DNA of 64,000 bases from Tortispora ganteri (taxonomy: Eukaryota). The stretch is from assembly GCA_003707115.1 (NCBI GenBank), contig PPNB01000033.1:1-64000 (forward strand). The letters are read 5' to 3'. Both the position numbers and the translations under genes were made by a program. A model generated the notes under the pieces. That model ran no database searches, was not told the DNA's origin, and was given only the letters and a program-made list of their open reading frames with translations. Of this stretch, positions 31,265 to 41,784 are shown one piece after another (position 1 is the first letter of the stretch; every line of letters starts with the position of its first letter).

Positions 31265-33628
31265 TTAATAGTATCGCCCGACATGGTATGGGTCATTGTT
31301 GGAATTATGTTGAAGATGTTGCCCAGCATTACCAGCCTCCGTACTCGCGTCATGACCACCATTATAATATGGTCGTGCTTCAGGTTCTTTCGGAGGACCG
31401 TAAGAGGTACTGTTTTGCACAGGGTTTGAGCTTCCAGCAGCTACTTCCCTCATTTGGGGCAATGACATCTGCTGTCTTTCAGGAGGCCCTCCGCCATAAC
31501 CTGCCATCATCTGGGGCATCGGCTGTTGTCCAGGTAGCACAGTCATCTTACCGTCAAATGGTACGTGCTGTACGCGAACGGAGTCGCCTTGCTTTGCGCG
31601 TTCAACAAAATATCCTGAACCTTGCTGAGCATACCACTGTCCTCTATTAGGCTCTGCACTAGACGGCATTTCGAAGGGGTACGACGGTGCATAGCCAGGC
31701 GTCGGAGGAAGCATTCTTCCCGTCATTGGATCGACAAACGAAACAATTTTATTCATATTCATTTCAGCCTGGTATGGATCGTGAGACGGTATCGACATAG
31801 ACGCTGGAGCACCTAATGGAAGACCCATAGGCGGTAGGTAAGGATATTGAACACCATGTTGTTGAGAATTAGCGCTATTGGGGTTCATAGGAGCTCGAGA
31901 CAACAAGTTATTGTCCTCGTATGCCATATAAGAACGGTCGTTCTGTACTGGTGGAGGGGGTAAACTATATCGGTGAGAACCGTCGGGAAATAGCGGACCA
32001 AATCTCGCAGCAGGTGGCGGCACGCCAGAATACCATCTCATATCGTACTGTGGCTGTGAAGAATAGGCCGAATTGTACGAAGGACCAATAGAGGCACCGG
32101 GATACATTCCAGCATGCATAGGGTGCATGGTAGGGTGATGTTGACCTGGCATTTGTTGCTGTGGCTGATGTTGAGGAAGCACTTGAGATTGTCCTTGTTT
32201 TGGCGAGCGTAGCTTTTGGTCTTGCTCTTGCTGGTAAATTTGTGGCGGTTGCAACATATGTTGTAAACCTCCAACTTCTTGAGATTGCGGTGCATTGTGG
32301 ACCGCTTGAGTAGTTTGGACTGCTGGAGACTGCGGCTTGAAAGCTGCCTCATCTGATTCATCCAATCCTGCTTCAGAGTACGTCCTCTTCGGAGGATACA
32401 TCCCGCTCTGTTGTTCGTAATAGTACATCCTCTGTTCAGCAACAGGTATATGCTGCTGAACATAAGCGAAAGGTTTCACCGGAATTGGGGGCGGAGAAGG
32501 GGTATCAGGCTCACCAGTGCCATATATCGATATTGGGTGATAATCAAATCCATCACAGTTTGCAGGTATGGAAGTTGGAGACGATATACTAGAAGAGCAT
32601 TGTTTGCCTTCTTTTATTTGCGGCGTAGAATCCGACATAGTTTGTTTTTCATCCTTAGGTATAGAAATTGAGTGTTCCACATCTTGTAGAAACTTTTTGT
32701 ATTCTCTCTTAACTTGCTCAATTTCACTTTGCAACGAGACAATCTTATTATACCGTACATCAGATAAGGATTTCGAATAAAATTGCCAAATAGCTAATCT
32801 GGAAGCACTGGTTGTGCGATTTATCTTTCCGATCTCGAGATCGAGTTGGTTCTGGTTATGAACTGCGCGTTTGTGAATTTCTTGCATAGAAGAAACGTAA
32901 TTCTTATCTGATTCTGCGCAAAAAGAAGAGCTTAAGCGTATAGGTACAATGCTATCTTGTCCTATTGAGAACAAAATTTCTTTGTCGTCTGCTGCGTGGC
33001 TGTCAAAAACTTGAACAAATCTGGCCAGTATTTCGTCAATTTGTTTTGATATAGGGTCTTCGAGTTTATTTTTTCGACGACCTTTACGTTTTAAAGCAAC
33101 AGATAACACTTCAGATTCCATTTCCAATTCAGCCTCCGCATCTTCGTCTGGATCTGCGTCAGCATCTGTATCTGCCTCGATATGCGAAGAGGAGGTGACG
33201 ATTGGCATACGATTGATACCGTTTGCAGCGTTGTCAGTAGAATTGACAGGCGGCAAAATTTCAGAAAGTGTTTTTGTCATCATTGGCACATGAATATCCG
33301 ATGCTGTTAAAGAATATTGAGGAGTTTCTTGTATTTGAATAGCAGGATTGGCAAGTGTTCGTGAGTCTGGGGTAACGTTAGAAGATGCATTTAAGGTTAG
33401 AGTTTTGTCGTTCAGATTTAGAGTATGTCCTTGTTGAAGAGAAGAAACGGGAGGTTGCTGGTGACGAGAGTCCCTATCGTCCACAGTCAAGATACTTCTG
33501 GTTTCGTTGGGGTCTTGGTGATCGTCGGGTTTGGCAGGAATAAAAGGGGCAGGAGAATTTTGCAAGGTAGGAAGGCATGATGAATTAGGGGCATTAGCAG
33601 AAGAAGAACTAGGGGGAGGAGACGGCAT
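31265..33628 (-). CDS. Low-complexity nuclear protein with central Sds3-like helical region (Dep1-like, tentative)
   Basis: Long ORF; acidic patch, basic NLS KRKGRRK, helical region (...SRLAIWQFYSKSLSDVRYNKIVSLQSEIEQVKREY), Q/P/Y-rich tail. Confidence 0.5.
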   Translation of the reverse strand: MPSPPPSSSSANAPNSSCLPTLQNSPAPFIPAKPDDHQDPNETRSILTVDDRDSRHQQPPVSSLQQGHTLNLNDKTLTLNASSNVTPDSRTLANPAIQIQETPQYSLTASDIHVPMMTKTLSEILPPVNSTDNAANGINRMPIVTSSSHIEADTDADADPDEDAEAELEMESEVLSVALKRKGRRKNKLEDPISKQIDEILARFVQVFDSHAADDKEILFSIGQDSIVPIRLSSSFCAESDKNYVSSMQEIHKRAVHNQNQLDLEIGKINRTTSASRLAIWQFYSKSLSDVRYNKIVSLQSEIEQVKREYKKFLQDVEHSISIPKDEKQTMSDSTPQIKEGKQCSSSISSPTSIPANCDGFDYHPISIYGTGEPDTPSPPPIPVKPFAYVQQHIPVAEQRMYYYEQQSGMYPPKRTYSEAGLDESDEAAFKPQSPAVQTTQAVHNAPQSQEVGGLQHMLQPPQIYQQEQDQKLRSPKQGQSQVLPQHQPQQQMPGQHHPTMHPMHAGMYPGASIGPSYNSAYSSQPQYDMRWYSGVPPPAARFGPLFPDGSHRYSLPPPPVQNDRSYMAYEDNNLLSRAPMNPNSANSQQHGVQYPYLPPMGLPLGAPASMSIPSHDPYQAEMNMNKIVSFVDPMTGRMLPPTPGYAPSYPFEMPSSAEPNRGQWYAQQGSGYFVERAKQGDSVRVQHVPFDGKMTVLPGQQPMPQMMAGYGGGPPERQQMSLPQMREVAAGSSNPVQNSTSYGPPKEPEARPYYNGGHDASTEAGNAGQHLQHNSNNDPYHVGRYY

Positions 33629-34260
33629 TGGCAAACAGGAAGGTCCAGGTTCAAAGGCAAAAAAAAGGGTTTGTCACCAGAAAAACCCGCCGAAAAAACA
33701 CACTGCGTGTGTATCGCAACTACAAGATATAACGCTAAAAGCGAACCGATAGAACTGAAAACTCCTGCAATGAAGAAAGAGAAAAACGGGGTTTCAAATA
33801 TTGAAGCGAAATTAACGTGAACCAATGGTTTCAGAGGGGAATGAACGCAGGTTTAAACAATTCGCTTATAGGTAATTAGGGCAAGTATCTGGCAGGAATT
33901 AAGAGTAAGCAAAGTGGGAGGTATGTGAAAGGCAAAAGATTGAAAAAGATTAAGCAAGTTAAAGTTTATGAATGTAATATTTACAGTTCAAAACTGTACT
34001 TTCAGCCAATAGGTAAACTCCAAAATTATTTTAAGGTTTATACAGTACACTTTATTGTTTCGGCAGTTCTTTGATGTAATTCACATTATCGCACGGGGGC
34101 ACTATATGCCACCAAATCGGCCACGGTAGTTCCTTTTAAAGAATTAAATATCTATTTTCAAAATTTTAACTGAAATATATGCCAAAAGGCATTGAAATTA
34201 AAGGATAAAGATAATAGCAGAGCTCTTTTACTGCTACCAGGCGTTAGTTAAAAATTGACT

Positions 34261-34980
34261 TTAGCTAGCCCTTAGTAAAGTCTTGGTGGTACCGTCGGAC
34301 ATCCCCAGATAGGCTTTCTCGGCCATACCAGGGAACAAACCGACGTCCAGGACGCCTACCAATGCCTTTATTTGGGCTTCTAATTTAACGACATCTTTGA
34401 TAATACCGAAGTCAGCATCAATGATAAAAAACCCGTTGTCAGTTACTACAGGTCCAGCTTTGGCAGGAGCACCCATTCTTAGCAGTGGATTTTGACATCC
34501 CAAAGCTATTAGATCGTTCATAACTTTGAGGTATGCATAGGGTGATACTTCTATCGGTACACCTTGTTTCCATTTCGATCCAAGTATTTCTGAATCTTTT
34601 CTGTCGTCGGCAACAAGTATGAATCTTTTCGACATACTTGCGATCAGTTTCTCTTGAAACAAGCACGCACCTCCGCCCTTGATACAGTTAAGACTCGGTT
34701 CTATCTCGTCAGCGCCGTCAAATGTGATATCAATAGACGCTACTTCATCAATATTACCGGCACGAAGTCCGTATTGCAAAATCAGCTGTTTTGACTGAAA
34801 TCCAGTAGGGATATATATCGTATCCTTAAGATCTGCTCGCTGACTGATTCTCTCCACCACATATACTACTGTAGTTCCGCTACCTATACCTACGACCTTT
34901 GCGTCTGATTTCAGCTCATTATCGACAGCGGCATATGCACACGCTCGCTTAGCTTGCTCTATTAAAGATTTAGCGGCCAT
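34261..34980 (-). CDS. RKI1: Ribose-5-phosphate isomerase A
   Basis: GIGSGTT, DGADE, IKGGGACLFQEK, GPVVTDNG. Confidence 0.97.
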   Translation of the reverse strand: MAAKSLIEQAKRACAYAAVDNELKSDAKVVGIGSGTTVVYVVERISQRADLKDTIYIPTGFQSKQLILQYGLRAGNIDEVASIDITFDGADEIEPSLNCIKGGGACLFQEKLIASMSKRFILVADDRKDSEILGSKWKQGVPIEVSPYAYLKVMNDLIALGCQNPLLRMGAPAKAGPVVTDNGFFIIDADFGIIKDVVKLEAQIKALVGVLDVGLFPGMAEKAYLGMSDGTTKTLLRAS

Positions 34981-35052
34981 TTAGTTGCAGCTCAGAAGTG
35001 GTTTGCGTACTCCAAAGAAAGTACCGATAAAAATTCCTGAACCACCATTCAT

Positions 35053-35060
35053 CCGGGTAA
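35053..35060 (-). promoter_or_regulatory. Reb1-like site upstream of RKI1
   Basis: CCGGGTAA about 75 bp upstream of the ATG. Confidence 0.5.
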
Positions 35061-35533
35061 CTCAGAAGCTTACAAAACGTCAATCGGATTAAAGCTGCAA
35101 TTTGCCATTACATGAGGATGCACTCTCAGCCTGATCTAGAACTGATGCTATATAAACATACAAGATATTACAGTTAAATAGAACAGTGGCATAGATATTG
35201 TGAGTCCCTGGCTGCCTACAAGTAGCGGCGATTTTGAGATCTTGTGCTCTGGCGATCTCGGTAGTCTGATCGCAAAGCAGACAGTTCTCCTTCAAATCAC
35301 ACCAATGGTGCATGTGACTAAAATGAATAAGTTTAAACAAGCGAATTCAGAAATAAGAAAGGATTATTTTAATGAACTGGAAATAGAAATGGGTCTGTCA
35401 TCTACGCGTATCAGTTTGATTTGATACAAACCTAGCAAAGCTATGCCTGGTGATATGTGTGTCATTTATAATAGCCATGATGCAAATTCTCCTGCCAAGT
35501 GAATGGAGTATTTTCCGCAATAAATCTATTGCG

Positions 35534-36841
35534 TCAAACCTGTTGAATATAGATGCTTGAATGTGGTGGCCCACCGACAGGAATGGTCTCAAAGTTAGAC
35601 CACATTTCGTACTCTCTATTAGTCGTAAGGCCGACTGGACTGTTGCTGGGCTTAAATGCCACTGTTGGCTTTGTATTCATTTGCTCAATAATTTCTGAGG
35701 TATCTGATGCTGTTTCCGCAATAGAAAAGTCTCTTAGACTGCGATTAACCGAACTGATCCGACTGGAAGTTATATCTCTAGATTGTGACGAGACTTCCCG
35801 TGAAGATACACCACTTGTCCTAGCATCGCTAGTCCGTGAGCCCGAGCTTGTGTTGCTTTGAGGGGTAAAATCTCTGAAGAACCCGTCACTAATTTGTTTC
35901 ATCGTCCACATTACCTGATCTCGAACTGAATATGTATCCCAGTTATCGAAGTTTATTCGTCTGGAACTGCTGGATACCGTCCGCGCATCGTATGTCAGTT
36001 CAATATTATGAGCTTGTTGAGATTCATAGTTGTTTCCGGTATTTAGATTGCCATATGATTTCTTTATGGGAGAGCTAATGTACACTGGCTCTGCCATAAT
36101 AGGGGTATTGTGACACGCATTCTTGCCTGATAACGAGTGATTGCTGTAGGGTCTTTGATATGCCGACATGCTAGCTCTTAGATGTTCTAGAATTTCTCTT
36201 TCATAGTCATGTTGCTGTGCTTGGGCTTCTCTTGCTGCTCTTAAATTCTCAATGCTTGTAATTGGATGTGCCACAAGAGAACCTATGAGCTTACCTTTAT
36301 TCTTTATGGAAGATCCTAAAGAAGATATAGAACGATAACTCCTCATCGGTACCTTGAAATCGCTAGATTTAATTGTCGTTTTGTCAGAGTTCATAGAAGG
36401 TGCGAATGATTTATGTGTCGCGAACACAGTACTCCCCCATATAATTGCTAAGAAAACGACATGAGTGATCAACGAGACAGACCAGAGTACCACCAAAATT
36501 ATGAGCAGTGTTTGTATAGGTAGCACAAATTTTTGCTGCAAAAAAGACCGATCATCGTGAAGAATTATCTCCTGTATTGAAAAGCAAATTAGAGATAATC
36601 CGAAACCAAGTATGATCGCACATATACAAGCTAGAGCATACACCATCCATTTTTGTGGTGAAACTGCCCATGCTATCTGACAAACAAGATGCACTATAAA
36701 GAATGCGCAAGTGAAGCTGGAAAGTATTGTGAATACATGTGATTGTGAAATCGATGCGAGTAGAAAGAATGCGATGCTAACAACGTCTAATAGTATGTTG
36801 ATTAAGAATGCAGCGTTTTGCGTACCAGAGGTACGACGCAT
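35534..36841 (-). CDS. Uncharacterised membrane protein: about 4 N-terminal TM helices plus Ser-rich tail
   Basis: 435-aa ATG-initiated ORF; four hydrophobic segments in the first ~140 aa. Confidence 0.75.
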   Translation of the reverse strand: MRRTSGTQNAAFLINILLDVVSIAFFLLASISQSHVFTILSSFTCAFFIVHLVCQIAWAVSPQKWMVYALACICAIILGFGLSLICFSIQEIILHDDRSFLQQKFVLPIQTLLIILVVLWSVSLITHVVFLAIIWGSTVFATHKSFAPSMNSDKTTIKSSDFKVPMRSYRSISSLGSSIKNKGKLIGSLVAHPITSIENLRAAREAQAQQHDYEREILEHLRASMSAYQRPYSNHSLSGKNACHNTPIMAEPVYISSPIKKSYGNLNTGNNYESQQAHNIELTYDARTVSSSSRRINFDNWDTYSVRDQVMWTMKQISDGFFRDFTPQSNTSSGSRTSDARTSGVSSREVSSQSRDITSSRISSVNRSLRDFSIAETASDTSEIIEQMNTKPTVAFKPSNSPVGLTTNREYEMWSNFETIPVGGPPHSSIYIQQV

Positions 36842-37404
36842 TGCGGGGAGGATAGTGAACTAGCTGCTTTAAAATCAACGAAGAATACTTAAGTGATATC
36901 CTTCCAGACCTAGTTTCACTGAATCTAATCTGAACAGTTATCCCGAGGACGAGACTGTATTTTACAGGCTGTTTTCGCCGTTTACGGTATCGATCGAAAA
37001 CAGAAAAGGGTCTCGAACGGATCGAAGGGGATATATTGAATAAATAATACTCGAAGTGCAACAACAATCTTCGAAGGAAATAAATAAATAAAAAGTTGGC
37101 TTTGCGAACCACACTATTAACGCCTTGGGTATCGAAAATGCAATAATCAAGTGTACAGATAATAAAAAAAGGTTTATCGTTGTTGCGCAGTCGTTATCAT
37201 AGATGTTTATTTACTTCCAAATAAGGTAAACATACAAACTTCTTTTACCGCCTTCAATCGAATATATCGAAACAATCTAAAATAGACCGTTTAGATATAT
37301 GAAAGATAAATAAAATTGAATAAATATATTTTATGACCTAATAGATTATATTAAACACTATTTAACCCTCGTTCAATTCGCTTGTACTTACAAAATCGTT
37401 CAAT

Positions 37405-39255
37405 TTACTCTTCCCATGGTGCCAAATCCCAATCCCCATTGATGTCACTAGCAGTCTTAGCGCTACCATTCTTGCCGTCAGGCGATAAAGCGGAATTACT
37501 CAGCGTTCGAAGACTGCTGATAACATTACTATGCGAGGCATCTTTCGGATGAGGATCGATATGGGTTTCGCTCATGAATCGTATTAAGTCACTCTCATTG
37601 TCCCAATCATCATCAAAATCGTCAATATCGTCAAACTCGTCCAGATCAAACCAGCTCTTTCCGGACGTATATTCATTGTTCATGCTACGGCCAACAGGAA
37701 CAGACATAGCAAGTCGGCTTTTGGGCAAGCCACTGGTGTTCGTTTGTCCAATAACGCTCTTCCCTCTCACTTCCACATGACCTTTGTTCAAAGCCGCTTT
37801 AAGTTCCTTCCCCAAGTTCACTCGGTCGTATTTGCTCACTGAAGATCCAGAGAGATCGTAAGACGATGGTGAGTCAGATTTAGATTCAGAGTAAAAGTCC
37901 AAATCAGAGCGTCCAGATTCATCATCCTCGATCGTAGCTAGTGGGGATCGCTTATGGTGACTAGCAGGCAAAAACGATTCTCTCACAGGTGGAGTGAAGT
38001 GAATAGCAGGGGTAAAACGTTTTACAGGTCGACTAATAGCAATGGGATTTGCCGATGAATCGCCTGCAAGTACGGTAGGTGTGCGAAGAGGCTCGCGATC
38101 AGCAGTAGTAACAATGATCGAATGTTCGGTAGGAACTTGCTCCTCCTCTGTTGTCTGGATATTATTCAAACCCTCGTCGTCGCCTTTCACAGTGTCAAAA
38201 CTGTAAAGTTCACCGGGAGAAAGCATCTCGTCGTCGGTAGTCCAAACTTCAAGAGATTCAATTGCATTGCGAAGCTTCGAAAGAGATCGGTGTTTCGGAT
38301 CCAAAGCTAAAGCATGGCGCAATGCGTAGAAAGTATGAATAGACATGGATGGGAAAATGTCCATAAGCGATTCTCTAGAACGGCAATAATCCATAAACAA
38401 CTTGTCTTGTTCATCGCATTTCACAAAAGGATTGCGACCAAACAAAATGTTCAAAATGCAAATTCCCACAGCCCAGATATCAGCTTTAGAAGTATCATAC
38501 TGTCTGGTAAGAGAATCAAACATCTCTGGAGCCATATATCTCTCGGAACCCACCCCTAGTTCCTCGCAGACAAGCTCTGTAGTAGCCAACCCCCAATCAG
38601 CCAATTTAATCCTGTTTCCTTTAGTAAGCAAGATATTTTCCGGCTTGATATCGCGATGATAGACGCCTTTCGAGTGACTATAGTCGGTAGCATCGATCAA
38701 ATCCAGTATCATCTGACGGCGGATATCTGGGTCGGTAGGAATGCGATTGCCCTTGATAGCCTCGTACAGGTCACCGTAAGCACAGTATTCAAGGACGATA
38801 TACGCACGAGTTTCGGACTCAAAATGGTCAAGAACGCTAATGATAAAAGGGTGCACGCCTAGAATCTCATGGATAGAAAGCTCATTAGATATATCGTCGG
38901 TTTGTAGATCGATACCGGTAATGGTGCGCGAATATCGTCTGGGGTTTTCAGATATGGGGCCTGCAGACTGTGTACGCACAGCAGATAACTTTTTTCTGTT
39001 GAGATCTCGAGCTACACGGTCTTCAGCTTTCAGAACACACTTGACAGCAACCAATTGATTGTCACGTTTAGTATCATGTGCGACACTGACTACGCCGTAT
39101 GAGCCGTGATTTAAATTAGCAACTTTGGAGTACCTTCCATTGAGTAGAGAGCCGCGATCGTAGGCATGGTAGCTCAAGCTACTGTGTTTGTTTGATCCAC
39201 GACGGTTTCGCCTGTTGCGATAGTATTCCTTACTGTGTTTTGATGTGTTAGCCAT
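37405..39255 (-). CDS. KSP1: Ser/Thr protein kinase, Ksp1/Ran1 family
   Basis: HGSYGVV, VAVK, YHRDIKPENIL, LADWGLAT, GSERYMAPE, ILFGRNPF. First ATG at 39255. Confidence 0.85.
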   Translation of the reverse strand: MANTSKHSKEYYRNRRNRRGSNKHSSLSYHAYDRGSLLNGRYSKVANLNHGSYGVVSVAHDTKRDNQLVAVKCVLKAEDRVARDLNRKKLSAVRTQSAGPISENPRRYSRTITGIDLQTDDISNELSIHEILGVHPFIISVLDHFESETRAYIVLEYCAYGDLYEAIKGNRIPTDPDIRRQMILDLIDATDYSHSKGVYHRDIKPENILLTKGNRIKLADWGLATTELVCEELGVGSERYMAPEMFDSLTRQYDTSKADIWAVGICILNILFGRNPFVKCDEQDKLFMDYCRSRESLMDIFPSMSIHTFYALRHALALDPKHRSLSKLRNAIESLEVWTTDDEMLSPGELYSFDTVKGDDEGLNNIQTTEEEQVPTEHSIIVTTADREPLRTPTVLAGDSSANPIAISRPVKRFTPAIHFTPPVRESFLPASHHKRSPLATIEDDESGRSDLDFYSESKSDSPSSYDLSGSSVSKYDRVNLGKELKAALNKGHVEVRGKSVIGQTNTSGLPKSRLAMSVPVGRSMNNEYTSGKSWFDLDEFDDIDDFDDDWDNESDLIRFMSETHIDPHPKDASHSNVISSLRTLSNSALSPDGKNGSAKTASDINGDWDLAPWEE

Positions 39256-39954
39256 TTGATGCAGCTTAGTGTCGGTGACAGAGGGCAAAGACAGCAGATA
39301 TCTTTAGTGGAAAACAGTGAAGCAGAACGCGAAAGGAATTAGAACTGAGTGCTCGTGCAAAAAAAGTGGATGATATTATGCAATTGACAGTATTATCTAT
39401 GTAGATCTAATAAGATCTATGGAGATGCGCAGCTTAGTCTCCTTCGAGGGCTTCTTTTCCGGCGTTGGCTTGTCGGCAAATGTGAACAACACAGATAATG
39501 GACGAGCCCGGAAGGAAAGCAGACCACAAACTGCAAAGAAAAGAAGTAAGAGGAATGCAGAGGCAACAGGAAGATTAGTACACTGAATAGATTGCTGTTT
39601 TAGAGGAATCAACAGATTGGATCGCGGAATAAAGTCGGCAAACTACAGAAGAGAAGGAGTCAAAAGTAGAGTTGAACCAGATAGTAAGATAGAACCTAGC
39701 GGAACCTGGGAGAGGAGGGGGGGCCATTATTGTTGGGAGTTGTCGTTAGCCGCACAGTCCCTATATGGCGCCATAACGACCATTCTGGGAGTAATAAAAT
39801 ACTAGGGTTGAGGGTTTAACGCCAAACCTCTCGACAAGCATGTTCTCTTCTGCAGCAAGATGCGAAAAACGTTCTAGTGAATGTAAATTTTGCAGAGCGA
39901 ACTAACGGGTACCAAAACTTTTTTTACAGCTTTTGTTTTTCTGCAGCAGTGGGG

Positions 39955-40311
39955 ATGAAGACTAGCGAGGTACTGAACCGTGGGTTCAAGTCATATTCCA
40001 AGAAGAAGAAGCTGAAAGAGTCGCGAGTCGAAGAGGTAGTATTTGACAAGAAAGATCGGCAGAAGTTTTTAAGTAGCAAGACGGGCAAGAAGAATTCCAG
40101 CCGTGAGAAAAAGAAGGAGATTGAATTGAAGAAGAAGAAACAACAGATACAACGACTTCGCCTTAATGCTAAGAAAGACAAACCGCAGTTTACGGGATTC
40201 GCTGATGTCGAGAGTGACGAACCTCGGATCGGTCATGTAGAGACCCAGATATACAAAGGGAACGATGGAGCGCACGAAATCGCTGAAGTGCGAATCGAGT
40301 ACCCAGAATGA
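39955..40311 (+). CDS. RRP17: Rrp17/Nop25-like nucleolar protein, short and divergent
   Basis: EVLNRG..YSKKKK...VEEVVFDKKDRQKFL resembles the Rrp17 N-terminus; Lys-rich; 118 aa. Confidence 0.6.
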   Translation: MKTSEVLNRGFKSYSKKKKLKESRVEEVVFDKKDRQKFLSSKTGKKNSSREKKKEIELKKKKQQIQRLRLNAKKDKPQFTGFADVESDEPRIGHVETQIYKGNDGAHEIAEVRIEYPE

Positions 40312-40345
40312 TACGGATAAGCGCCTTGTATTTATTGTGTGCAGA

Positions 40346-41641
40346 TCATTCTTCGTATGCATGCATTTCAACTGAAGAAGCGTCTTGCTTCTCTGTCCTG
40401 ACCCATTCTGTCTCAACCCTGAAGAACAGCCAGACCCAGCGCCTCAATATTTCCAGTGATTGGAATAGAAACACTGCAAACTCATGTTTCGGAAGATAAT
40501 AGAATGGAGGTGCGAAGCGAATGGCCCATGAGAACCTTAGAACCAGATCAATGGCAACTGCACTATAATAGAGACCTATGCGGCCGTAGTGAAGTCGTTC
40601 GCGGAGACCGTAATGATGCGATTTGTCTAATAATGACCACCAAGAGTTCAGAAGGTTTAAATCCCAGTCAAATACTATATCCCAGTAAAACGAATAACAT
40701 GTGTTAATGATAACGGCGACTATTGATGCCTTGCTGCCCCATGTCGACCAGTAGTTTGATTCTAGGAGATCATTGACGATCCGCGAGAGGGCAAAATCAT
40801 CCAGCTGTTTCAGGGCCTTTTCGCTGTATTTTGAAGAAGAAGTTTTAGCAAATATAGCCGCAATTGCCTTTATATCTTTAGATTTGATAAGTTCTGTCTC
40901 TCTTGTCGACAGCGAAGACTGGTACCCTGATAGAAGGATGACGGGGAAGGCGGAAAAGTACTTTCCGGCATTATAAAGATGAGTTTTGTCCCTTGTGTGT
41001 GAGTAGTCCATCAAACACTGTTTGAATCGAAGGGCCGATGGAAAGCAAAGCACTGCAACGGTGAGTATCTTCCATCCAGCGTCTCTGTTGATGGAAGAAA
41101 GGTAATCCGCGCCTGATAGTGACATGATTATGCAGATCCAGAGATCGCCGAGCACTTTCGAATAAGAAGTAGCCACATCTGCAATAAGTATATCTGTAAA
41201 TCGAGTGGATCTTGTCATTTTACCTGAGAATACTCTAAACATGCAGCTGGCGAAACTGGCTCGTCCTCTATGATTGAACAGGCGCACAGGCAAGAATAAC
41301 ATCATGACTACAGCAATGAAAGGCACCCAGATGAGACACCTCAGAATCCAGTTGACCGAAGCAATATAGGCAGCAATTGTCCAATATATTATTGCTACCA
41401 AGTAGAAAATAGCGGTTAGCGCTGCCGCTTGCAAAAATATGGGCGATGATTCCGTGTTGTAGGCGAGCAGCCGTTTGCACGATATACGCGTCTTTTCAAA
41501 GTGCCGTACATTAATCGCAAATAGCCAGTAGCCTAAAATAAACAACGAAGCCAATCGCAGCGGTAACGGAAATGATATATTAAATATTTTATCAGGATTG
41601 GCGCTGTCCATCGTCGATCGCGTCAGTCTGCTGAACGTCAT
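40346..41641 (-). CDS. ERD1: EXS-domain membrane protein Erd1
   Basis: PLPLR, RFTDILIADVATSYSKV, RFKQC, NAGKY, YSFYWDIVFDW, DLVLRFSW, LEILRRWVW.FFRVE; no SPX domain. Confidence 0.9.
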   Translation of the reverse strand: MTFSRLTRSTMDSANPDKIFNISFPLPLRLASLFILGYWLFAINVRHFEKTRISCKRLLAYNTESSPIFLQAAALTAIFYLVAIIYWTIAAYIASVNWILRCLIWVPFIAVVMMLFLPVRLFNHRGRASFASCMFRVFSGKMTRSTRFTDILIADVATSYSKVLGDLWICIIMSLSGADYLSSINRDAGWKILTVAVLCFPSALRFKQCLMDYSHTRDKTHLYNAGKYFSAFPVILLSGYQSSLSTRETELIKSKDIKAIAAIFAKTSSSKYSEKALKQLDDFALSRIVNDLLESNYWSTWGSKASIVAVIINTCYSFYWDIVFDWDLNLLNSWWSLLDKSHHYGLRERLHYGRIGLYYSAVAIDLVLRFSWAIRFAPPFYYLPKHEFAVFLFQSLEILRRWVWLFFRVETEWVRTEKQDASSVEMHAYEE

Positions 41642-41784
41642 GAGACACGTAGCAGTGTCAGTGCCAGAAACTTAAATAAAGTTCTCATTCAGGAAATTAA
41701 ATATATATGTATTATTACTATTAACAAATAAAACAAAACAATGACACAAATGACGTACAAGAGTAAATCTTTTCATTCATCAGT

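Noticed and set aside
35112..35424. Short plus-strand ORFs between RKI1 and the membrane gene
   Set aside because: No in-frame ATG at the 5' end of the 74-aa frame, no convincing splice signals, no recognisable motif.
39838..39946. ACTAAC plus pyrimidine-tract CAG upstream of RRP17, a possible 5' UTR intron
   Set aside because: No good donor at a workable distance (only GCATGT or a too-close GTAAAT).
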